Part shown: piece after piece, positions 21,528 through 29,390 of the stretch | How positions within the stretch are numbered: position 1 is the first letter of the stretch | Layout: every line of letters starts with the position of its first letter | Source of the DNA: Syntrophales bacterium | Lineage (GTDB): Bacteria > Desulfobacterota > Syntrophia > Syntrophales > UBA6807 | Assembly (NCBI GenBank): GCA_040767195.1 | Contig: JAXGPA010000001.1 | Span: forward strand, 928,419-992,418 | Reading direction: 5' to 3' | DNA: 64,000 bases | Translations under genes and position numbers: made by a program | The notes under the pieces: generated by a model | Told to the model about the DNA's origin: nothing | Database searches by the model: none | The model's input: only the letters and a program-made list of their open reading frames with translations

Positions 21528-22502
21528 ATGTTCATTGTCACCGGAGGGGCGGGGTTCATCGGAAGCGCCGTCGTCTGGCAGCTCAACCGCCAGGGGATCG
21601 ACGACATCCTGGTGGTGGACCGGCTCGGCGAAACGGAGAAGTGGCGGAACCTGGTACCGCTCCGGTACCGGGATTATCTGCGCAAGGACCGGTTCCTCGC
21701 CCAGGTCGTGGAAGACCGCGTTCCTTTTGCCGTGGACGGGGTGATTCACATGGGGGCCTGTTCCGACACCACGGAACGGGACGGGGACTACCTCATGGAG
21801 AACAACTTCCATTACAGCTGCCGGGTGGCCGAGTGGGCCGTGGCCAAGGGGATCCCCATGATCTACGCCAGCAGCGCCGCCACTTACGGCGACGGTTCCC
21901 TGGGGTTTTCCGACGACGACGCCCTCTCTCCCCGTCTCAGGCCGCTCAATTTCTACGGCTATTCGAAGCAGCTCTTCGACCTGTGGGTCCTCCGGAAAGG
22001 GTGGGAGAAGAAGCTGGCCGGACTTCGGTTCTTCAATGTCTTCGGACCCAACGAGTACCACAAGGGGGACATGAGAAGCGTGGTCCTCAAGTCCTTCGAG
22101 CAGATCCAGGACGGGGGCCGTGTCCGCCTTTTCCGGTCCTACCGCTCCCCCTACGGTGACGGGGACCAGATGCGGGACTTCGTGTACGTCAAGGACGCCG
22201 TCGATGTGATCTGGTGGCTCGTGGAGCACCCGGAGGTCCGGGGAATCTTCAACGTGGGGACGGGACAGGCCCGGACCTGGAACGATCTCGTCAGGGCCGT
22301 CTTCAAAGCCGCCGGAAAAGAGCCGGCAGTCGATTACGTGGAAATGCCCGAATCCCTCCGGGGCCAGTACCAGTATTTCACGGAAGCCCCCATGGAAAAG
22401 CTCGCCCGGGCGGGATACCCTCTTGCCTTCCGGTCCCTGGAGGAAGCCGTCGCCGATTACGTGACCGGTTACCTCATGACGGAAAACCCCCGCCTCAAAT
22501 GA
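21528..22502 (+). CDS. hldD: ADP-L-glycero-D-manno-heptose 6-epimerase
   Basis: 324 aa SDR. MFIVTGGAGFIGS, YGYSK catalytic motif, and HldD/RfaD-like length and pattern. Confidence 0.88.
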   Translation: MFIVTGGAGFIGSAVVWQLNRQGIDDILVVDRLGETEKWRNLVPLRYRDYLRKDRFLAQVVEDRVPFAVDGVIHMGACSDTTERDGDYLMENNFHYSCRVAEWAVAKGIPMIYASSAATYGDGSLGFSDDDALSPRLRPLNFYGYSKQLFDLWVLRKGWEKKLAGLRFFNVFGPNEYHKGDMRSVVLKSFEQIQDGGRVRLFRSYRSPYGDGDQMRDFVYVKDAVDVIWWLVEHPEVRGIFNVGTGQARTWNDLVRAVFKAAGKEPAVDYVEMPESLRGQYQYFTEAPMEKLARAGYPLAFRSLEEAVADYVTGYLMTENPRLK

Positions 22503-22518
22503 CAACGGGGAGGTTTCA

Positions 22519-23268
22519 GTGAAAACCGTCTGTCTCATTCCGTGCCGGTATCATTCCACCCGTTTCGAGGGCAAGCCCCTGGCGGAGATTCTCGGGAAAC
22601 CCATGGTCCGGCACGTCTATGAAAGGGTTCTCCGGGCCCGGGGCGTTTCTTTCGCCGCCGTGGTCACCGACGACGAACGGATTGTCCGGGCCGTCCGGTC
22701 TTTCGGCGGAGAAGTGATCCTCACGGGAGGGCACCACCGGTCGGGCACGGACCGGCTGGCGGAAGCGGCGGAAATCCTCGCACTGGATGAGGGGGACATC
22801 GTGGTGAACGTTCAGGGGGATCAGCCGACGGTCCATCCCCGGCAGGTGGAAGAGGTCGTCGCGCCCCTCGCGGCGGATCCGGCCCTTCCTTTTTCGACGC
22901 TCATCTATCCCATTCACGAGGACGAGGAAATTTTTCACCCCAACGTGGTAAAGGTCGTCTTCGACGGCAGGGGAAACGCCCTCTATTTTTCCCGGGCCCC
23001 CATTCCCTTCGTCCGAGACCGGAGGCGGAAGGGGCGGTATTTCAAGCACCACGGTATCTATGCCTACCGGAAAGCCTTCCTGGAGACGTTTTCGAAACTG
23101 CCCGAGAGTCCCCTGGAAAGCTTCGAATCCCTGGAACAGCTCCGGGCCCTGGAGAACGGGTACCCCCTTCGGGTCGTCGAATCCGCCTTCGACTCCATCG
23201 AGGTGGACACGGCGGAGGACCTGAAGACCGTGGAAGCCTTTTTGATGAAGGAAGGAGACGGTCCATGA
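22519..23268 (+). CDS. kdsB: 3-deoxy-manno-octulosonate cytidylyltransferase (CMP-Kdo synthetase)
   Basis: 249 aa. IPCRYHSTRFEGKPL, VNVQGDQP, EQLRALENG. GTG start after GGGGAGG. Confidence 0.9.
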   Translation: MKTVCLIPCRYHSTRFEGKPLAEILGKPMVRHVYERVLRARGVSFAAVVTDDERIVRAVRSFGGEVILTGGHHRSGTDRLAEAAEILALDEGDIVVNVQGDQPTVHPRQVEEVVAPLAADPALPFSTLIYPIHEDEEIFHPNVVKVVFDGRGNALYFSRAPIPFVRDRRRKGRYFKHHGIYAYRKAFLETFSKLPESPLESFESLEQLRALENGYPLRVVESAFDSIEVDTAEDLKTVEAFLMKEGDGP

Positions 23269-24026
23269 CATTTCCCATCATCGATTCCCACATTCACTGC
23301 GGCGTCCAGAACGTGGACCAGCCCTTCGAAATGATCCGGTCCTACCTCGTCCGGGGGGGCATCGACGGGGCCTGCCTCTACGCCCCGGTGGAAGATATTT
23401 ACAACCGTTACGATTTTCATTTTCAGGACACGCCCCACTGGGTGGCCTGCCGGCAGCGGGCGAATGAATACGTCCTTCGCCTCCAGGAAACGGAAACGAA
23501 CGTATACGCCTATTACTTCGTGTGGAACGACTTCCGGAAGGAGGAACTGGCGAAGGGGTATCGCGGGATCAAGTGGCACCGCCACTCCTATGAGCCGGAG
23601 TATCACTACGAGGACGAGAAATGCGAGGCCTTTCTCCAGGAAGTGTACCGTCTCGGCCTTCCCGTCGTGCTCGAGGAATCCTTTGAGAACACCCTCTATT
23701 TCATCGAACGGGTGGGCGGCCGGACCCCCGTGATCATCCCCCACATGGGGGGGCTGAACGGCGGGTTTACCAATCTCTTTCACAGCGGTATCTGGGACAA
23801 CGAGACGATTTTCGCCGACACGGCCCTGGCGGGGCGGGGGGAGATTGCCCGGTTCATCGAAAAATACGGTGTTGACCGGCTTCTGTTCGGAAGCGACTTT
23901 CCCTTCGGAATTCCCGGGGAGGAGCTGGCCAAGCTTCGGGGGCTGGGACTGACGACGGAAGGGTTTGAAAAGGTGGTATCGGCGAACATCCGCGAACTCG
24001 TCGGCGACAGGGGGGGAAAGTCATGA
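23265..24026 (+). CDS. Amidohydrolase-family (TIM-barrel metal-dependent) hydrolase
   Basis: 253 aa. The N-terminal IDSHIH metal-binding motif is typical of amidohydrolase_2. ATGA overlap with the kdsB stop. Confidence 0.72.
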   Translation: MTFPIIDSHIHCGVQNVDQPFEMIRSYLVRGGIDGACLYAPVEDIYNRYDFHFQDTPHWVACRQRANEYVLRLQETETNVYAYYFVWNDFRKEELAKGYRGIKWHRHSYEPEYHYEDEKCEAFLQEVYRLGLPVVLEESFENTLYFIERVGGRTPVIIPHMGGLNGGFTNLFHSGIWDNETIFADTALAGRGEIARFIEKYGVDRLLFGSDFPFGIPGEELAKLRGLGLTTEGFEKVVSANIRELVGDRGGKS

Positions 24027-24667
24027 AAATCGCCGAAGGCCTTCATGGGTTTTTGTGGCAGAGCTCCATGGAGAACAACTGCAACACCTACCTCGTCCAG
24101 GGGAAAAAAACCGTTCTCGTCGATCCCGGCCACAGGCATCTCTTCAGCCATGTGGAGCAGGGTCTCCGGAGGCTGGGTCTTACCGTCGAGGCAGTGGACC
24201 TTGTCGTGGTCACCCACGCCCACCCGGATCACCTGGAGGGGGTGTCGAAGTTTCCGAAAACCACGCTTTTCGCCATGAGCGAGGAGGACTGCCGGTTTCT
24301 TCAGTCCATGGCTTCAGGCCGCTACGCCCTTCCGGAACCTGACTTTTTCCTCCGGGAGGGAGATTTTGCCGTCGGGGACCTTTCCTTCCGGGTTTTTCTG
24401 ACCCCCGGTCATTCCCCCGGATCGATCAGTCTTTATCTGGAGAACCTGAAGGCCCTGTTCACAGGCGACGTGGTCTTTTCCCAGGGAATCGGGAGGACCG
24501 ATCTTCCCGGCGGCGCCGGGCGTGTTCTCCGGGACAGCATCGAAACGCTCAGGCGGCTTCCCATCGACTACCTTCTCCCCGGTCACGGAAACCCCCTCCA
24601 GGGCCGAGAGGCCGTTGAGAAGAATTTCCAGGTCATCGAGGAATACTGGTATCCCTATCTCCGCTGA
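24023..24667 (+). CDS. MBL-fold metallo-hydrolase
   Basis: 214 aa. THAHPDH metal motif and later LTPGHSPG. ATGA overlap with the upstream gene. Confidence 0.85.
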   Translation: MKIAEGLHGFLWQSSMENNCNTYLVQGKKTVLVDPGHRHLFSHVEQGLRRLGLTVEAVDLVVVTHAHPDHLEGVSKFPKTTLFAMSEEDCRFLQSMASGRYALPEPDFFLREGDFAVGDLSFRVFLTPGHSPGSISLYLENLKALFTGDVVFSQGIGRTDLPGGAGRVLRDSIETLRRLPIDYLLPGHGNPLQGREAVEKNFQVIEEYWYPYLR

Positions 24668-24683
24668 CTCCCGTTTCCGCCCG

Positions 24684-25250
24684 TCACCCTTCAAGGCCCT
24701 TCCGAAAAGCGTTGCGTTCCTCTTCGACAAAAGACCGCAAAGCCTCATGAGATTCGACGTTCGGTGAAACGGCCGGACCGGTGATCTTCCGGGCGGCCAG
24801 GTCCGCCAGGACAGCCGCCGAAAGGGCCGCCTTCTTCTCTTCCACCCGTTCCCGATAGGCGGTGAGAGCCTTTTTCAGCCCCTCCGTGTTTTCTCCGCAC
24901 AGGGACTCGAGGAGACCGAGGATCCGCTCGTTGTCTGCGCCGGGATCGATTCTCTCCATGAGTTCCTTTTTCAGAAGAAGAGACGGCGTGACGCCGGGTG
25001 GAGGCGGAGAGGAAGAAAGTTCGGCCAGGAGGGCATCGGAAGACATGGCGCCGTCGAGGACCCGCTGGAGATGTCCCCGTATCTTTCGGGACCACTCCTT
25101 CTCCCGGTGGGCCTTTTTTTCCGCCTCCGTGGGGAGAAGGTCCCGGGTCTTTTCCATGATGAGATCGAGGGTGCTTTTGATTTCCGCCATGTCTTCCCGT
25201 CTCCAAAGGGTATTCCGGGTGATCCTGTCACGGGACGCAGAATCTGTCAA
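24684..25250 (-). CDS. Hypothetical protein (predicted alpha-helical, soluble)
   Basis: ORF only; I recognised no family. A more likely start is ATG 25190 (MAEIKSTLDLIMEKT), which is preceded by GGAGA. Confidence 0.45.
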   Translation of the reverse strand: MTDSASRDRITRNTLWRREDMAEIKSTLDLIMEKTRDLLPTEAEKKAHREKEWSRKIRGHLQRVLDGAMSSDALLAELSSSPPPPGVTPSLLLKKELMERIDPGADNERILGLLESLCGENTEGLKKALTAYRERVEEKKAALSAAVLADLAARKITGPAVSPNVESHEALRSFVEEERNAFRKGLEG

Positions 25251-25448
25251 GACGGGCGGCCTCTTGTCAGGAGCCCCGGGTTACGCGGCCGTTCTCTTCA
25301 CCATCCCGTCCGGCGCCTCCCGGGAAGCATTTCCCCACGGAGGATCTTTTTCGAAAATTCTCGGCAGGGGCTCTTGAGCGGCTTTTACGGGCCTCTCCGG
25401 GCGGGACAGGGAGGAGATGGGTGGCCGTCGGGCGGGAATTCGTACCGC

Positions 25449-26123
25449 TTACTTCAGGGGGGCCGTGAGGAGGTCTATCTGCCGCCTCACCTGTCGTGCC
25501 TTTTCCGGGTTCCCCCTTTCCCCGTAATAGGATTCCAGGGTTTCCAGGTAGACCAGGACGATCCGTTTCCAGCCCTCCCGGGAAGCCGCCTGAAAGGCTT
25601 GCTGCAGGGTGGCTTCATTCCATGTGCCGACTTTCAGGGCGACGGCGGAGGCGATGATCCGGGACAGGGGGTCGTTCATGGCCCCGATGGTTTCATTTAT
25701 TCTTTCAACCCGTTTTTCCCGGAGAGCCTTCAGGAACTCCCGATAAACCCCGGGAAGGCGGGACGGGTCCGATTCGTCCAGGTTCCCCTGGAGAAATGAC
25801 AGGTAGATTTCGTTTTCTTCCGTGTGAGATCGATTCGGCAGGAGGCAGTCCTCCCCGGAAACTTCTTGCAGGGAGGCCCTTCGAAGGGCGCAGCGGGTCA
25901 GAAGGACCCGGTCCAGAAGATCCAGGTCGCCGCTTTTCCTGAATTCGTCGATGGCCCTCTGGAAGTGAAAATCGGCTTTCCCGTCTTCTCCTTCCAGGTA
26001 ATATTTCTTGTAGGATTCAAGAGCGTTGAACCCCTCAAGCTTCCAGTCCGGCACGGGCGGGGAGCCGCAGCCCGCGGCGAGAAACAGAAGCGCCAGGAGG
26101 CTTATAAGACCCGTCCGATTCAT
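25449..26123 (-). CDS. Lipoprotein, predicted alpha-helical, translationally coupled to the MlaD-like gene
   Basis: Signal peptide with lipobox LLFLAAG-C (MNRTGLISLLALLFLAAGCGS). ATGA overlap with the stop of the upstream MCE gene. Confidence 0.65.
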   Translation of the reverse strand: MNRTGLISLLALLFLAAGCGSPPVPDWKLEGFNALESYKKYYLEGEDGKADFHFQRAIDEFRKSGDLDLLDRVLLTRCALRRASLQEVSGEDCLLPNRSHTEENEIYLSFLQGNLDESDPSRLPGVYREFLKALREKRVERINETIGAMNDPLSRIIASAVALKVGTWNEATLQQAFQAASREGWKRIVLVYLETLESYYGERGNPEKARQVRRQIDLLTAPLK

Positions 26124-27031
26124 GGGAGCCGGACCTCCTTTTCCTCCTTCAACGGGATGAGCCTTTCCACCCCCCGGAGGACCTCGTTCACCGAGTCCAC
26201 GGCGCGATCGATGTCCCTGCGAAGGACCTCCAGGTTATCCGTCGAACGGGTCATCTCCCCGGTCATCCGGGGGAGGTCCTCGATCACGGCGTTCAGGGTT
26301 TTCAGCTTGTCCAGGATGTCCCGGAGAATGGACGACACGAGGGGAAGGATGCCTCCATCGGAGAAGAGGCCGTCTTTCGCTTCCCTGGTCATCCCGTCCA
26401 CCTCTTTCGTTATCTTCGAGATGTTAAGCAGGATGTCCTCGGTGGAGGAGGCGAGAGCCGTCAGTTTCAGAAGGGTGTCGTTCACCGCCGTCACGGTGGC
26501 CTTTTCCCCGACCGCCATTTCGAGGAGGGTTTCCCTTTCGGCCAGGGTGGATGTTATCTTGACGATGTTGTCCGCTACCGTACCCACTTTTTCGATGAGG
26601 GGCTGGACACGCTGAACGGCGTCGTTGATGCTGTCCACGGGAAAGACTTCGAGCATGCTTTCCGTGGAGAGGACAGGGCTTTCCAGGTTGCTGGTGTAAA
26701 CGACGATTTTTGGTGTGCCGATGAGGGGCCGGTCGAGGATGAGAATGCTGTCCCCGTGGAGCCACTTGACGTGGCGCTCGGGGATCTTGACGGTGATGAT
26801 GACGACGCCCTTTTCGTTCAACTCCAGGTCATAGACCTTGCCGATTTCGAAACCCGAAAAGACGACGGGCATGCCCTGGCTGAATCCCTCGCCCGACTTG
26901 GCGAAAAGTGTGAAGGTGTATACTTTTGAAAAATAATCTTTTTTCCAGGCGACGTATCCGATGAAAAGCACGATCAGGAGGACGGTGGTGACGACAAAGA
27001 AGCCAACTTTCAGTTCAATGTTCTTCGCCAT
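26120..27031 (-). CDS. MlaD/MCE-domain protein (outer-membrane lipid asymmetry / lipid transport substrate-binding subunit)
   Basis: MAKNIELKVGFFVVTTVLLIVLF TM anchor followed by an MCE fold (GMPVVFSGFEIGKVYDLEL) and a long helical C-terminus. ATG 27031; the track's longer start is 27097. Confidence 0.85.
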   Translation of the reverse strand: MAKNIELKVGFFVVTTVLLIVLFIGYVAWKKDYFSKVYTFTLFAKSGEGFSQGMPVVFSGFEIGKVYDLELNEKGVVIITVKIPERHVKWLHGDSILILDRPLIGTPKIVVYTSNLESPVLSTESMLEVFPVDSINDAVQRVQPLIEKVGTVADNIVKITSTLAERETLLEMAVGEKATVTAVNDTLLKLTALASSTEDILLNISKITKEVDGMTREAKDGLFSDGGILPLVSSILRDILDKLKTLNAVIEDLPRMTGEMTRSTDNLEVLRRDIDRAVDSVNEVLRGVERLIPLKEEKEVRLP

Positions 27032-27479
27032 GGCCCGCCCCGTATCGGTGTTTGTTCCATCGATAATCGAAAATATAACATGCCCTGTAGAAATCAAGCG
27101 TTTTTTTCAAAAGCCCGTCGAAAAAGGTGAAGTCGTGGACTGTCGGGACGAGTTCGAAGGGGCGGTCGATGAGAAGTTCGGCCTCCCTGAATCTCGTGGC
27201 CCGAAGAAGCATGGCGGCGAAACGCTCCTCTTCCAGGAGATCGGGATTGCGCAGGCCGCCGATCCGGCCCATGCCGAGGCGGTTCAGGGCCTCCGAGGCA
27301 TCCCCCATGGCTTCCGCCGCCGGCAGGGATTCATGGTACTGGCGGATCAGGGCGATGTTCTGCCGGACGTCGAGGTTCGAAATCAGCGGGTAGTCCAGCG
27401 AGATGATCCCCCCGTTGGGATGACGGGCCAGGAAGTCATCCCGATCCCGTTCGAGGATGTCCTGCTTGTCGAAGAAAAT
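27015..27479 (-). pseudogene. Vestigial ABC ATPase (MlaF-like) fragment with no Walker A, a degenerate signature and a degenerate Walker B
   Basis: The frame is colinear with the MlaF core from after the Q-loop. PLISNLDVRQNIAL corresponds to ALFTDMNVFDNVAY. LLEEERFAAMLLRA replaces LSGGMARRAALARA. ELLIDRPF replaces DLIMFDEPF. No ATG/GTG/TTG start exists between the mlaE stop (27479) and ATG 27308. The only upstream ATG (27647) lies out of frame inside mlaE. Confidence 0.45.
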
Positions 27480-28267
27480 CAGATGACGGACCGCGCTATT
27501 AATGAGATCACCTCGATGAATATGATGGCCAGGAAAACCCGGATCATGCCGTGAAGCACGGCGATGGGAATGCTCGTCAGCTGATAGGAGGCCCGCATCC
27601 CCGATATGACGGGAATGAGGGTGATAAAAAAGCCGAAGGTGGCGCATTTGAACAGAAGGATCAGTATGTCCGACAGATGAATGGAATTCACCAGGAGATG
27701 GGAGTAGATATTGAGGCCCATGCCGAAAATGATCCGGGAGAAAAGACCCCCGCTGATCACGAGGACGGTGGAAAAAAGACCGGTGAGAAGAATGAGAGAA
27801 ATCACACCGTTCATTATTCTCGGGAGAAACAGGTAATTGATCGGGTCGATTCGAAAGGCCCGGAGGGTGTCCAGTTCACGATTCACCTTCATGACGGCGA
27901 TTTCCGCGTTGATGGCGGACCCGGACCGAAGGGCGATGAGAAGAACGGTGACGAAGGGAGACAGTTCGTTGACGGCGAAGCCGATGAGGATATTCCCCAG
28001 GTACTGGGTCAGCCCGAAAGTCTTCAGCGTCTGGAGGACGATGCCCATGATGAGGGATCCCAGGATAATGGAAACGGTAATGAAAAGAGGGAGGATCTCA
28101 ACGGAGGTAAAGTAAATCTGGCTGAGAAGGACGGAACGGGTGGCACTGTTGTAAGCCCTGGGGTGAAAAACATTCCACAGGATCCGTCGGGAGAACGCGA
28201 TGGTCTCGCCGACGGATCGCGAAAACTGAAGGGTCGTCTTACCGATCCGGGTGATCGTTGCGATCAT
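27479..28267 (-). CDS. MlaE-family ABC transporter permease
   Basis: Polytopic membrane protein. MIATITRIGKTTLQF..., and ALRSGSAINAEIAVMKVNRELDTLR is the MlaE/YrbE signature region. The track's longest start is 28333. Confidence 0.85.
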   Translation of the reverse strand: MIATITRIGKTTLQFSRSVGETIAFSRRILWNVFHPRAYNSATRSVLLSQIYFTSVEILPLFITVSIILGSLIMGIVLQTLKTFGLTQYLGNILIGFAVNELSPFVTVLLIALRSGSAINAEIAVMKVNRELDTLRAFRIDPINYLFLPRIMNGVISLILLTGLFSTVLVISGGLFSRIIFGMGLNIYSHLLVNSIHLSDILILLFKCATFGFFITLIPVISGMRASYQLTSIPIAVLHGMIRVFLAIIFIEVISLIARSVI

Positions 28268-28434
28268 GGAGGCCTCTGGGCGATTAAGGGTTCGGCACCC
28301 ACCGGGCCTTTCGATCCCTGGCCGGCAGTGCAACGGTGCCGTTCTCTCTTATTCCTGTGTGCCGGTTTTTCTTCTTGATGTATTTTAAATATGGCATAAA
28401 AAAACGATCCCTTCAACAGGCCGCTTGCGCCGCT

Positions 28435-28463
28435 TTGCATCTGGGTCACATAATGCTTATAAT
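28435..28463 (+). promoter_or_regulatory. Sigma70-type promoter candidate for the FAH-htrA transcription unit
   Basis: TTGCAT (28435-28440), a 17-nt spacer, then a perfect TATAAT (28458-28463), about 90 nt upstream of GTG 28553. Confidence 0.55.
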
Positions 28464-28552
28464 ACGTCTTGAATTCCATTTTGAGTTGCGGTGATCCCCC
28501 CGAACCAGAGAACATGAAATCTTTCCTACTATGAAATGAAGGGAGAAAAAAC

Positions 28553-29359
28553 GTGAAAATAGTGCGCTTCCTCTCGAAGGATCTCAAGGAATGTTACGGT
28601 GCGTGTCTGCCCGAAGATCCGGGACGGGCCCGGCTTCTCGAAGGGGATCTCTTCGGTTCCTATGCCGTGACGGACAAAACGGAAGAAATCGGGCGGTATC
28701 TTCCGCCTCTCGCGCCTGTTAATATTTTTGCCCTGGGGTTCAATTACGGGAAGCACGCAGAGGAAAGCGAGGTGTCCTATCCGGAAAATCCGGTGTTGTT
28801 CATCAAGGCGACAACCAGCCTCACCGGCCATGAAAGCCCCATTGTCCTTCCCAAGGCCGGTCCGGACGAGGTGGACTACGAAGCGGAACTCGCCATCGTG
28901 ATTGGAAAGGCGGGGAAAAACATTCCCGTGGACAGGGCCCTCGATCACGTTTTCGGGTATACTTGCGCCAACGATGTGAGTTCCCGGGACTGGCAGTTTC
29001 ACAGGCAGAAAAATCAGTGGACCCGCGGAAAGAGTTTCGACACCTTCTGTCCCCTCGGACCGTACCTGGTCACCCGGGACGCGCTGGAAAACCCGAACGA
29101 TCTGCGGATCCGTTCCCTGCTGAACGGAGCCGTGATGCAGGATTCGAGAACGTCGGACATGTTTTTCACCGTTGAAGAAATCGTGAGCGACTTGAGCCAG
29201 TCCATGACCCTGGTGCCCGGGACGGTCATTCTGACGGGGACCCCGGAAGGGGTGGGTTTCGCCCGGGTTCCCCCGGTGTTTCTCCGGGCGGGCGATCGGA
29301 TTACCGTTGAAATCGAGGGGCTGGGCGTTCTTTCCAACCCTGTTGTTATGGAAGACTGA
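28553..29359 (+). CDS. Fumarylacetoacetate hydrolase (FAH) family protein
   Basis: 268 aa. FAH-family motifs (VDYEAELAIVIGK, GKSFDTFCPLGP, VILTGTPEGVG). Confidence 0.88.
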   Translation: MKIVRFLSKDLKECYGACLPEDPGRARLLEGDLFGSYAVTDKTEEIGRYLPPLAPVNIFALGFNYGKHAEESEVSYPENPVLFIKATTSLTGHESPIVLPKAGPDEVDYEAELAIVIGKAGKNIPVDRALDHVFGYTCANDVSSRDWQFHRQKNQWTRGKSFDTFCPLGPYLVTRDALENPNDLRIRSLLNGAVMQDSRTSDMFFTVEEIVSDLSQSMTLVPGTVILTGTPEGVGFARVPPVFLRAGDRITVEIEGLGVLSNPVVMED

Positions 29360-29390
29360 AAAAAAGAAAAAAAGCACAGGAGGCACTTTC

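Noticed and set aside
27480-27647. The ATG at 27647 as the start of the ABC-like ORF, which would give a 210-aa protein
   Set aside because: The first 56 codons lie out of frame inside the mlaE permease gene. They translate to His/Arg-rich junk with no Walker A, so this is not a credible N-terminus.
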